From: an uncultured Planctomycetia bacterium
Lineage (GTDB): Bacteria > Omnitrophota > Gorgyraeia > Velamenicoccales > Velamenicoccaceae
Direction of reading: 5' to 3'
Length of the DNA stretch: 44,774 nt
NCBI GenBank assembly: GCA_964506425.1
Contig: CAZDLS010000002.1
Location: 1 to 44,774, forward strand
The notes beneath the pieces were generated by a model. The model was not told where the DNA came from. It saw nothing but the letters and a program-made list of their open reading frames with translations, and did not search any database. Positions 1 through 7,633 of the stretch are shown one piece after another. Positions within the stretch are counted from its first letter, which is position 1, and every line of letters begins with the position of its first letter. The translations under genes were made by a program, and so were the position numbers.

Positions 1-435
1 TATCAACGGCACATCTTCCGTCGGCGGCGCAAAGGTCTTGATACCCCGCGGCGCGACCTTCCTGCCGCCCAACATCAACAAGGACCCCTTGGCCCGTCCG
101 GTCCGGCCGCGATGCAGGTGTGCCGGGATCTGGTGCTTGAGCGCGCACAGGACGGCGATCAAGGAGCCCGTGCGGCAGACCGCCTTCTTCTTCGTCAGGC
201 GGCCGTAAAAAATATGCACGTCGTTGACGAGGCCCCGCTCCATGCAGTGCGCCATCATGTTGTCGCAGATGACGACCGGCTGGACATGACGGCGCAGCAG
301 CTCTTTGGCGACGACCCGGGTACCCTCCAGGCCCGGCCGCAACTCGGCGACAAAGGCCATGGTGGGCCTGAAATCTTTATAAAAGCTCTTCTGCGGCACC
401 CCGTAGACAAGAGGCAGGGGTTTATGCACGTGCAC
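1..435 (-). CDS. eIF-2B alpha/beta/delta-family paralogue, short form lacking the N-terminal half (C-terminus runs off the window)
   Basis: Absent from the ORF track because no stop lies in the window; the minus frame is open from 435 to 1. GTG at 435 is preceded by AAGGAG (447-442) at 6-nt spacing and overlaps the upstream stop (alternative ATG at 360). Hand translation ...KDFRPTMAFVAELRPGLEGTRVVAKELLRRHVQPVVICDNMMAHCMERGLVNDVHIFYGRL... parallels the ETRPYLQGARLTAWELKRAGCDVTLIPDNAVAKVM Rossmann half of the neighbour at 422-1438. Confidence 0.5.
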   Translation of the reverse strand, partial: MHVHKPLPLVYGVPQKSFYKDFRPTMAFVAELRPGLEGTRVVAKELLRRHVQPVVICDNMMAHCMERGLVNDVHIFYGRLTKKKAVCRTGSLIAVLCALKHQIPAHLHRGRTGRAKGSLLMLGGRKVAPRGIKTFAPPTEDVPLI

Positions 436-1438
436 GTCCGTCTCCTTCTGCGTCTTCGCAGGCCGGACCCCGCGAAGTTGGGTCGATAGCGATATGCCGT
501 GTCACGAGCCGCGACGGCACCACGTCAAAGCCCGGGTAGTACGCCTGGAGTTTCTTGTCCCCGAGCCGGCGACCCTCAAATGTCAGGATCTCGTCGTCGC
601 GGCGTATCTCGATCGGGATGTCCCGGCCGCTCGCGAGGCGCTGCGACGGCTGGACCAAGGCGTAGAACGGGATGTTGAAGTGCCGCGCCAAAAGCGCGAT
701 CTGGTACGTGCCCACCTTGTTGGCGAAGTCGCCGTTCTTCGCCGAGCGGTCCGACCCCACCAGAACACAGGAGACCTTCTTGTCGGCCATCACCTTGGCG
801 ACGGCGTTATCGGGGATGAGCGTCACGTCGCAGCCGGCGCGCTTGAGCTCCCACGCGGTCAGGCGCGCGCCTTGGAGATACGGCCGCGTCTCGGTGGCGA
901 AGAACCGGACGCGCTTTTTCTGCCGGCGGCAGATCGCGCCGATCAGCGCCATCTCCCCGCTCACGTGGCAGTGGGTCAGGACGCGTTCTCCGTTCGACAG
1001 GAGCCGCGCGGCGGCCTCGGCGCGGCCGTAACGTTGGCGCCGGATGCCGTCGAGCATCCCCTCGAGCGAACGCAACAAAACGGCATGAAAGTGCGGCCCG
1101 CCGCCGATCCCCCGCGCCATGCCCAGGACCATCCCCGTCACTTCTTCGAACGGGAAGGTGGGACGGCTGCCGTTAAAGGCGTCGGCGATCTTCTCAAAGA
1201 GCAACATCAGGACCTCAGGCGAGGCCCTGCCGGCCTTGCGCGCCTCGAGGATGAACGCGTAGACGACCGTCAGGAACTGGCCGAAGGCGCGCGTCTTCAT
1301 CGTCACGACCGCGTCCACGGCCTGCCGGTAATCCCGGACCTTGAGATAGACGATCTGCTCCGGGATCTTCGTCTCGTCGAGGATATAAAGTGTCTTGTCT
1401 TCCAGCCGCACGGGCCAGAAAAGAACGGATTCTTTCAT
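422..1438 (-). CDS. eIF-2B-family sugar-phosphate isomerase (methylthioribose-1-phosphate / ribose-1,5-bisphosphate isomerase-like)
   Basis: 338-aa ORF. N-terminal W..RLEDKTLYILDETKIP, VLTHCHVSG, ETRPYLQGARLTAWEL and GSDRSAKNGDFANKVGTY are family hallmarks. Lies downstream of a nucleoside phosphorylase. Confidence 0.8.
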   Translation of the reverse strand: MKESVLFWPVRLEDKTLYILDETKIPEQIVYLKVRDYRQAVDAVVTMKTRAFGQFLTVVYAFILEARKAGRASPEVLMLLFEKIADAFNGSRPTFPFEEVTGMVLGMARGIGGGPHFHAVLLRSLEGMLDGIRRQRYGRAEAAARLLSNGERVLTHCHVSGEMALIGAICRRQKKRVRFFATETRPYLQGARLTAWELKRAGCDVTLIPDNAVAKVMADKKVSCVLVGSDRSAKNGDFANKVGTYQIALLARHFNIPFYALVQPSQRLASGRDIPIEIRRDDEILTFEGRRLGDKKLQAYYPGFDVVPSRLVTRHIAIDPTSRGPACEDAEGDGRARA

Positions 1439-1474
1439 GTTTTCTCGGCCGTCTCAGTCCCTCGCCGATCATCA

Positions 1475-2224
1475 TCAGCCGGCCAGGGCCTTCGCCGCTT
1501 CCAGGCAGATGTTCACGACCTTCATCTCGGCCTCGTAGTAATCCGGGTTCATGAAACCCAGCTCGCCCGTGATCAGGTTATCGCTGACCGCCGAGATGGA
1601 GGCGGCCTTTACCTTATGAAGCTGCGCGATCGTCAACAGGGCGCTGGAGACCATGTCGACCGCGACCGCGCCTTTTTGACGGGCGGCCTCGACCGCCTCG
1701 CGGGTCTCGCGCAGGAGCGCGTCCGTCGTCCACATGCCGCCCTTGTGCAGCGACGCGCCTTGTGCCGCGGCGGCCTTTTCCCGGGCCGCCGTCACCTCGG
1801 GGTCGCAGACGGTCTTGAAGTCCTCGTTGACGTAATACGGCGTCACCCCGTCCCCGCGCACCGACCCCGTCGCGAGCACGATGTCGCCGACCTTGATCTT
1901 CTCGTCGAGCGCGCCGCAGGAGCCCGCGCGGATGATCATCTCGACCTTGCCCGCGCAGAGGATCTCGGCGATGATGGCCGAGTCCGGCGAAAAGCGGCCG
2001 CCGTTGCCGACGGCCATCTTGACGCCCTTGTACATCCCGGTGAACATCGCGTACTCGAAGAACGAAAAGCTCTTCACCGGCTTCTCGAGAAAGCTCAGGA
2101 TGGCGTCGCGCCGCTCCGTGGTGCCGGGGATGATCGCGATCCGGCCGAAATCGCCGGGCCGCACCTGCACCATGCCCAACAGGTCCTGCCCCGTCATGTG
2201 AACGTCTTTTCTCATCTGCATCAT
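1475..2224 (-). CDS. PNP/UDP-family nucleoside phosphorylase (MTA/purine/uridine phosphorylase-like)
   Basis: Track ORF 1475-2317 trimmed to ATGATG at 2224/2221, preceded by AAGGAG (2233-2228); the longer N-terminus would read through the intergenic repeat. Motifs GRIAIIPGT, VGNGGRFSPDSAI, IRAGSCGAL, GDIVLATGSVRGDG, VAVDMVSSAL, SAVSDN. Confidence 0.8.
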   Translation of the reverse strand: MMQMRKDVHMTGQDLLGMVQVRPGDFGRIAIIPGTTERRDAILSFLEKPVKSFSFFEYAMFTGMYKGVKMAVGNGGRFSPDSAIIAEILCAGKVEMIIRAGSCGALDEKIKVGDIVLATGSVRGDGVTPYYVNEDFKTVCDPEVTAAREKAAAAQGASLHKGGMWTTDALLRETREAVEAARQKGAVAVDMVSSALLTIAQLHKVKAASISAVSDNLITGELGFMNPDYYEAEMKVVNICLEAAKALAG

Positions 2225-2240
2225 AGGCTCCTTGGCAAAT

Positions 2241-2316
2241 GTGAGACTTTCAGCCAGGCTCTTTGTCTCATTTTTGAACCGCAGATTTGAGACAAAGAGC
2301 CTGGCTGTTTGTCTCA
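2241..2316. repeat. Family-1 palindromic intergenic element, copy A (76 bp)
   Basis: Perfect 20-bp stem CAGCCAGGCTCTTTGTCTCA (2251-2270) / TGAGACAAAGAGCCTGGCTG (2288-2307) around a 17-nt loop, plus imperfect outer arms. 69/76 identical, ungapped and in the same orientation as 19869-19944. Confidence 0.9.
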
Positions 2317-3822
2317 ATTACTCTCTTTCAACGCGTTCTTGTCGACCTTGCCGGTGCGCGTCTTGGGCAGGCCGGCGACCACCGCGACGGACCCGGGCCG
2401 CTTGAAGTTCGCCAGGCGCGCACGGCAGAACTGCTTGATGTCCTGCTCTCCGACACAAACGCCTTCCTTGGCGACGATGAACGCCTTGACCGTCTCCCCG
2501 CGCAGGGCATCGGGCACACCCACCACCGCGACCTCCTTGACGGCCGGGTGCTCATGGATCGCCTCTTCGATCTCATAGGGAAAAACGAGCTGCCCCGAGA
2601 CCTTGATCATGTCCTTTTTGCGGCCGACGATGTAATACAACCCTTCCTCGTCGCAACGCGCCAGGTCCCCGGTGTGGAACCAACCGTCGCGCAAGACCTC
2701 GTGTGTCATCGCGGCATCCTTGTAATAGCCCTCCATGACGACCCAGCTCTTGATCGTCAGCTCGCCGACCGCGCCCTGGGGCACCTCGCGCCCCGCGTCA
2801 TCGACGAGCCTGAGCGTGATCCACGGCGCCGGCCGGCCGATGGACTCGATCTTGTCGCTGCCCATCGGGATGACGGTGTTGGGCGCGTTCGTCTCCGTCA
2901 GCCCCCAGCCGTTCAAGAGCTTCGCGTTCGGGCAGTACGTCTTGAAGCGGCGGATCGCCTCGGGGGCATTGGGCGCGCCGAAGACGTTGACCCAGCGCAG
3001 GCTCGCCAGGTCGTACTTCTCAAACTCCTTCATCTGCAACAGCGCGTAATACATCGACGGGACCAGGTGAAAACACGTCACCTTGTGCTTCTCGATCCGG
3101 CGCAAGAATTCAAGCGGGTTGAAACGCTCCAATAGGATAAGCGTGATGCCGAAGTAGACGCCGTTCTGCAGATAAACAAGCCCCCCGGCGTGCGAGAGCG
3201 GAAGGGCGCAGAGTTTCACGTCGCGGGGGCTCAGGTCCACGAAGTACTCCATGGCCTGGGGCGCGGCGTCCAGATGCTTGTAGTTGAGGCACACGCCCTT
3301 GGGCCGGCCCGTCGAGCCCGACGTGTAGAGGATCAGGGAACGGTCGGCCTCGCTGACGGCGACCTTCGGCACGTCCGCCGGCGCCGAAGACAAAAGTTTC
3401 GAGAAAGACCCTCCCCCCTCTTTCTCCTCGCCGACCAGGACGATGTCTTTCAAGGTAAGGACGTTAGCACGGACCGCCTCGAGAGAAACTCCCTCGCGGG
3501 GCTGGGCGATCAAAAGAGACGCGTCCGCGTGGGCGAGGATCGCCTGGAGTTCCTCGTCCTTCAACATGAAGTCGAGCGGCACGACCGTCGCGCCGATCGA
3601 AAAGAGCGCCAGATAGGAATACACGTACTGCGGCCGGTTCGACAGGTAGACGGCGACCTTATCGCCCTTCCTGACCCCCGTTGCCAGCAAGGCATTGGCC
3701 AGACGAAAGACGGTCTCGGCTAACTGCGAAAAAGAGACGGATCCGTCCTGGAAGATGATCGCGGGTTTCTCTCCGAAGTTCTTGGCGTGTCCGGTCAATA
3801 GCCGCCGCACGTCAAACTTCAT
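2314..3822 (-). CDS. AMP-dependent acyl-CoA synthetase/ligase (long-chain fatty-acid-CoA ligase-like)
   Basis: 502-aa ORF with the AMP-binding signature LYTSGSTGRPKGV, GWGLTET, HTGDLAR and a C-terminal PKTRTGKVDK motif. GAGGTG Shine-Dalgarno sequence 4 nt upstream of ATG 3822. Confidence 0.9.
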   Translation of the reverse strand: MKFDVRRLLTGHAKNFGEKPAIIFQDGSVSFSQLAETVFRLANALLATGVRKGDKVAVYLSNRPQYVYSYLALFSIGATVVPLDFMLKDEELQAILAHADASLLIAQPREGVSLEAVRANVLTLKDIVLVGEEKEGGGSFSKLLSSAPADVPKVAVSEADRSLILYTSGSTGRPKGVCLNYKHLDAAPQAMEYFVDLSPRDVKLCALPLSHAGGLVYLQNGVYFGITLILLERFNPLEFLRRIEKHKVTCFHLVPSMYYALLQMKEFEKYDLASLRWVNVFGAPNAPEAIRRFKTYCPNAKLLNGWGLTETNAPNTVIPMGSDKIESIGRPAPWITLRLVDDAGREVPQGAVGELTIKSWVVMEGYYKDAAMTHEVLRDGWFHTGDLARCDEEGLYYIVGRKKDMIKVSGQLVFPYEIEEAIHEHPAVKEVAVVGVPDALRGETVKAFIVAKEGVCVGEQDIKQFCRARLANFKRPGSVAVVAGLPKTRTGKVDKNALKESN

Positions 3823-3892
3823 CTTTCACCTCAAACTTCATCTTTCATCTCGTTCTATATATAGGTAACCAGGCTGTAAAACAGTAAACAAT

Positions 3893-3928
3893 TAGTAAAA
3901 TTTTACTAGTCAATTTTTAATATGTCAA
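3893..3928 (-). promoter_or_regulatory. Sigma70-type promoter of the acyl-CoA synthetase with an overlapping 16-bp perfect palindrome (candidate PadR operator)
   Basis: Minus strand reads TTGACA (3928-3923), 17 nt, TAAAAT (3905-3900). The perfect palindrome TAGTAAAATTTTACTA (3893-3908) covers the -10. The region is visibly AT-rich and lies directly downstream of the PadR gene. Confidence 0.6.
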
Positions 3929-3991
3929 GTAATTAATTTCTATCAGAATCCCCATGTTTTTGACATAACTAACTCTTTGTAGATTAGGTTG

Positions 3992-4552
3992 TTACGTCTT
4001 TTGCGGCCATTCAGGAAGAGAAATCTTCTTACTGGCGAGCTCTGAGCTGACGGTTTTGATAAACCTTTTCTCTGCCTGAAGGAGCTCGAGGTTGTGGTCC
4101 ACGATCGATTTGAGGTGGTAGGAAGACTTGTCGGCCAAGCGACTGCCTAACCCTTTGAGCGCCTCCTCTACCTTGGCCAGGACCCGGTTGCGGCCCCTGA
4201 GACGGCGCAGGGCCACGTCGCGGGGCAGGTACGGCAAGAAATAAAGGGCGATGTCGAAGCTGAAGTTCGGCCGCTCGGCAGAGATGAGGCTCTTGGTCAA
4301 CAATTTCTGAAAACGCTGGTCCCCTTTCGGCGTCAGGCTGTAGACGAACTTCTCCGGGCGCTTGCCGCCGGAGCTGGCGGCCTTCTTGACATAACCTTTC
4401 TTTTCGAGAAGGTTCAAGGAGTAATAGGTGGATTCGACCTCGAGAACGGCAAAGGTGCTGATGACCTTCTTAATCTGCTTCTTAATCTCGTAGCCGTGGC
4501 GCGGCTGGTCCTTGAGCAACCCCAGAATGATCAATTCCTGCTCAATCTTCAC
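3992..4552 (-). CDS. PadR-family transcriptional regulator
   Basis: 186-aa ORF. N-terminal winged-helix pattern [21 protein letters not shown]...[13 protein letters not shown]...YSLTPKG. The GTG start overlaps the accA stop by 11 nt. Confidence 0.85.
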   Translation of the reverse strand: MKIEQELIILGLLKDQPRHGYEIKKQIKKVISTFAVLEVESTYYSLNLLEKKGYVKKAASSGGKRPEKFVYSLTPKGDQRFQKLLTKSLISAERPNFSFDIALYFLPYLPRDVALRRLRGRNRVLAKVEEALKGLGSRLADKSSYHLKSIVDHNLELLQAEKRFIKTVSSELASKKISLPEWPQKT

Positions 4553-5504
4553 GGGCCTCCTCGAAGACGCCCATGGCGCGGAACTTCCCGTAGCGCTGGC
4601 TGACCACTTCGTCCCGCGGCACCTTCATGAGCTCGATAAGGTATCTCTTGATGACGGCCTTGATGTATTTTGCCGCCTCTTGCGGATTCGCATGCGCGCC
4701 GCCCATGGGCTCCTTGATGATCTCGTCGATGACCTTGAGGCGCAGGAGGTCCTGCGCCGTGAGCTTGAGCGCCTGGGCCGCATCGGCCGCCTTGGCGCTG
4801 TTCTTCCACAGGATCGCCGCGCACCCCTCCGGCGAGATCACCGAGTAATACGCGTTCTCCAGGACACAGATGCGGTCCGCCACGCCGATGCCCAGCGCCC
4901 CGCCGCTGCCCCCCTCGCCGATGACGACGGCGACCATGGGCGTGGCGATGCCGGACATCTTCATCAGGTTCTCCGCGATGACCTGCGCCTGGCCGCGCTC
5001 TTCGGCGCCGATGCCGGGGTAGGCGCCCGGCGTGTCGATGAAGATGAGAACGGGGAGGCCGAACTTCTCGGCCAACTGCATCGCCCGCAGGGCCTTGCGG
5101 TAGCCTTCAGGGTGCGCGCAGCCGAAGGTCCGCATGAGATTCTCCTTCGTGTCGCGCCCCTTCTGGTGGCCTATCACGACGAGTTTCTGGCCGTCCAACC
5201 GGCCGAGCCCCGCGATGACGGCCCGGTCGTCGCGGAAGGCCCGGTCGCCGTGGAGCTCGACGAAATCCCTGAGCAACAGATGGATGTAATCAAGCGTGTA
5301 GGGGCGCTGGGGATGACGGGAGATCTGGACGCGCTGCCACGGCGTGAGCTTGCCGTAGATGTCCTTGCGCAGATGGCCGAGCTTGTCTTCCAGGCGGTTG
5401 ATCTCGCCCGACAGATCGATGTGCTTGTCGGCCGTGAATTTCTTGAGCTCATTGATCTTGCGCTCAAGTTCGACGATGGGTTTTTCGAAATCCAACGCAA
5501 CCAT
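4542..5504 (-). CDS. accA: Acetyl-CoA carboxylase carboxyltransferase subunit alpha
   Basis: Track ORF 4542-5822 trimmed to ATG 5504 ([21 protein letters not shown]...). The upstream extension is Arg/Ser/Pro-rich and overlaps the neighbouring gene. Motifs [32 protein letters not shown]. 320 aa is a typical AccA length. Confidence 0.92.
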   Translation of the reverse strand: MVALDFEKPIVELERKINELKKFTADKHIDLSGEINRLEDKLGHLRKDIYGKLTPWQRVQISRHPQRPYTLDYIHLLLRDFVELHGDRAFRDDRAVIAGLGRLDGQKLVVIGHQKGRDTKENLMRTFGCAHPEGYRKALRAMQLAEKFGLPVLIFIDTPGAYPGIGAEERGQAQVIAENLMKMSGIATPMVAVVIGEGGSGGALGIGVADRICVLENAYYSVISPEGCAAILWKNSAKAADAAQALKLTAQDLLRLKVIDEIIKEPMGGAHANPQEAAKYIKAVIKRYLIELMKVPRDEVVSQRYGKFRAMGVFEEARED

Positions 5505-5526
5505 GGGATCGGTCCGCAGGCTCGCC

Positions 5527-6369
5527 TTAATCCATGATGGTGACTTCGGTGTTGACGGGCAGGAGATCGTACAACTCTTCGACGTCCCCGTTGTGCATCC
5601 GCACGCAGCCGGCCGTGGCCTGTTCGCCGATCTTGGCGGGGTCGGTCGTGCCGTGGATCCCGTAACCGGAGATGTTGAACCCCATCCACCGCGTACCCAG
5701 GATGTTCTCGGGGTCGCCGTACGGGATGACGCGCCCCTCATGCGTCCAGGCCGGATCTTGAAGTTTGGTGACGATCTTGAAGGTGCCGACGGGCGTGATG
5801 TTGTCCGTGCCCGTCGCGACACGGTAGGTCTTGATGAGTTCGCCGTTGGACAACAGCATCAGGGTGTTCTGAGATTTGTCGACGACGGCGCTCAGGCGCC
5901 CCGTCCATATCCTCAGGAGCTGGCCGCGCCGGATGACGTCGTTGGTCAGACCGTTCTGTTTCTTGATAAAGGCGACGGTCGTATGGAACTCATCCGCGAT
6001 CATGCTCAACGTGTCGCCGGCGACCACCTCGCGCTGCACCGTCAGCCCCGGGACCATCAGCCCGGAGACGAGGACGCGCATGTTGACGGCCTCGAGCCTC
6101 TCCTGTACCTTCTCGACGCGGGGGTCCGCCATGAAACGCACCAGCATGTCCTTAAGGATGCCCTGGGCCTGCAGGTATTCCCCTTTTCCCGCCAGGGCCT
6201 GCGCCTCTTTCAGGGGCGCGTCAAAGCCGCCCGAGACCGGCCGCGACGCCGCCGGCGGCGGCGCGGGGACCGCCGCGGGCCGCGCCCCCTTCTTCATGGA
6301 TATCCCCAGGATGACTAACGCCAAGACAACGGCCGCCGCCGCGGCCCCTATAAGCATGTTCCTTTTCAC
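5527..6369 (-). CDS. LysM-domain L,D-transpeptidase (YkuD/ErfK family), membrane anchored
   Basis: N-terminal TM segment ([18 protein letters not shown]). LysM segment [27 protein letters not shown]...GQLLRI. YkuD catalytic region [25 protein letters not shown] start with GGGGGA just upstream. Confidence 0.85.
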   Translation of the reverse strand: MKRNMLIGAAAAAVVLALVILGISMKKGARPAAVPAPPPAASRPVSGGFDAPLKEAQALAGKGEYLQAQGILKDMLVRFMADPRVEKVQERLEAVNMRVLVSGLMVPGLTVQREVVAGDTLSMIADEFHTTVAFIKKQNGLTNDVIRRGQLLRIWTGRLSAVVDKSQNTLMLLSNGELIKTYRVATGTDNITPVGTFKIVTKLQDPAWTHEGRVIPYGDPENILGTRWMGFNISGYGIHGTTDPAKIGEQATAGCVRMHNGDVEELYDLLPVNTEVTIMD

Positions 6370-6384
6370 GGATCCCCCCGATTA

Positions 6385-6828
6385 TTAAAAGATGAGTGCC
6401 AGCAAGATCCCCATGATCGACCCCGTAAAGACCTCGACGGGCGTATGGCCGATCAGCTCCTTCAGGCGGTCGCCTTCGATCTTTCCTTTCCAGTAGATGT
6501 CGTCGAGGATCTTGTTCAGGATCGAGGCCTGGGTGCCCGCGGCGCGCCGCACCCCCTGCGCGTCGAACATCGTCACCATCGCGAAGACCGCGGCGAGCGC
6601 GAACTCCGGCCTGTCGAAACCCAGGTCCCTGCCGACGACCACCGCCAGGGCGCTGGAACCCGCCGCGTGCGCGGACGGCATCCCGCCCGTCCCGATGAAC
6701 CACCGGAAGTCAAAACGCCTGGTCCGTAAGACGCCCAGGGCCACTTTCAGCGTCTGGGCAAAGGCCCAGGCGGAAAGAGTGACCTTCAGGATATGGTTCT
6801 GCCACAGCTGCGCCAAGATCCCATCCAC
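6385..6828 (-). CDS. Divergent PAP2 / DUF212 (YuiD-like) membrane protein
   Basis: GGMPSAHAA motif and overall DUF212-like layout. Track ORF 6385-6915 trimmed to GTG 6828, which has AAGGAG 6 nt upstream and avoids overlap with the gene ending at 6839. Confidence 0.65.
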   Translation of the reverse strand: MDGILAQLWQNHILKVTLSAWAFAQTLKVALGVLRTRRFDFRWFIGTGGMPSAHAAGSSALAVVVGRDLGFDRPEFALAAVFAMVTMFDAQGVRRAAGTQASILNKILDDIYWKGKIEGDRLKELIGHTPVEVFTGSIMGILLALIF

Positions 6829-6838
6829 GATATGCTCC

Positions 6839-7474
6839 TTAAGAAGACGAGCCCGCCCCGGCGACGGGACGAACCTGGATATCCACCTTATCGTAACAGG
6901 TAGAGACGCCGTCACGGACGAGATAACCGTAATTACCCATCACCACCTCCGGATCCGGAAGCGCTACGCGGCGCCGGGCCGCGACGGCAGGCGCCTTGTG
7001 CCGCGGCGTCACGCGCCCCCGCCTCTTGAGCTCCTGGATCGCGAGCCTCAACTCTTTCACCGAAGACAGCTTCTGTCGCATCTCTTGGTTCTCAAGCCGC
7101 ACCCGCATCAAGAGCTCGCGGGTCTGGCGGCCCTCTTCGGCCAACACCTTGTTGACCTCGCCGATATCGTCCGATCTCTTCTTCAGCAACAGGGCGTAAC
7201 GGTTGTACTCACCGATCTTCTTTTCCTTCTCAGCCAGGCCCCGCTTCAGATGGACCACCTCGTTCGTAAGCTGCTCATTCACGAGACCGCTCTCTTTGAG
7301 CTGGTCCTGGACCTCGATGATGGCCGCGCGCATCTCTTCGATGCGGACGTTCAGCAGCGCCAGAGAATGCCCCAGGTCGACGTTCTTGTCCAATAGGTCC
7401 AGCGACTTATAGATCCCGAAGATCGCCGTGCCTGCCAAAAAGAGGGCCAGGCCCCATAAAGCAAGGACCTTCAT
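6839..7474 (-). CDS. Membrane-anchored coiled-coil protein of unknown function
   Basis: 211-aa ORF. N-terminal TM segment (ALWGLALFLAGTAIFGIY), a long heptad-like charged segment, and a small C-terminal domain (GNYGYLVRDG...). GGAGG Shine-Dalgarno sequence upstream. I recognise no family. Confidence 0.6.
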   Translation of the reverse strand: MKVLALWGLALFLAGTAIFGIYKSLDLLDKNVDLGHSLALLNVRIEEMRAAIIEVQDQLKESGLVNEQLTNEVVHLKRGLAEKEKKIGEYNRYALLLKKRSDDIGEVNKVLAEEGRQTRELLMRVRLENQEMRQKLSSVKELRLAIQELKRRGRVTPRHKAPAVAARRRVALPDPEVVMGNYGYLVRDGVSTCYDKVDIQVRPVAGAGSSS

Positions 7475-7498
7475 GGCGTATCGCCTCCAAACTTTCTA

Positions 7499-7535
7499 TT
7501 GACAGTTCCAGGGGGAAATGGTAAATTTTTACTAG
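7499..7535 (+). promoter_or_regulatory. Sigma70-type promoter for comM carrying the same -10-proximal motif as the acyl-CoA synthetase promoter
   Basis: TTGACA (7499-7504), 17 nt, TAAATT (7522-7527). TGGTAAATTTTTACTAG (7519-7535) matches TAGTAAAATTTTACTAG at 3893-3909 in 15 of 17 positions. Confidence 0.55.
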
Positions 7536-7584
7536 GTCGGTTCTTCCTCCCGCTCTATTCCCTCCTGGACCAGCCAGTTTTCCT

Positions 7585-7613
7585 ATTATAGTTATAACCC
7601 CATAAAAAATCAA
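7585..7613 (-). promoter_or_regulatory. Sigma70-type promoter for the coiled-coil/DUF212/ldt/accA/padR operon
   Basis: Minus strand reads TTGATT (7613-7608), 17 nt, TATAAT (7590-7585). Confidence 0.55.
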
Positions 7614-7633
7614 GCGGTTTTGGGCCTGTTGCA

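Noticed and set aside
494-2290. 598-aa plus-strand ORF, and the similar long ORFs at 15235-17001 (+), 19728-21518 (+), 33208-35043 (+), 39212-41407 (+), 9710-11269 (-), 22703-24091 (+) and 35948-36967 (+)
   Set aside because: Each lies exactly antisense to, or out of frame over, genes with clear family signatures. Their translations are Arg/Ala/Gly/Asp/His/Pro-rich low-complexity strings with no recognisable motifs. This is the typical open antisense frame of GC-rich DNA.
2241-2316. tRNA, integron attC site or IS terminal repeat as an explanation for the family-1 element
   Set aside because: There is no cloverleaf or anticodon arm, no GTTRRRY-type attC core sites, no integrase or transposase gene anywhere in the window, and no flanking target-site duplication that I could see.
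4542-5822. N-terminal extensions of track ORFs for accA, and likewise for folC 16854-18599, folE 14877-15689, GT-C 30726-32321, PilZ 35717-37723, ABC ATPase 26268-27179, M48 37650-38849 and the phosphorylase 1475-2317
   Set aside because: The extensions start at the most upstream alternative start codon, overlap the preceding gene, and are Arg/Ser/Pro-rich. Internal starts reproduce canonical N-termini and give compact start/stop coupling.
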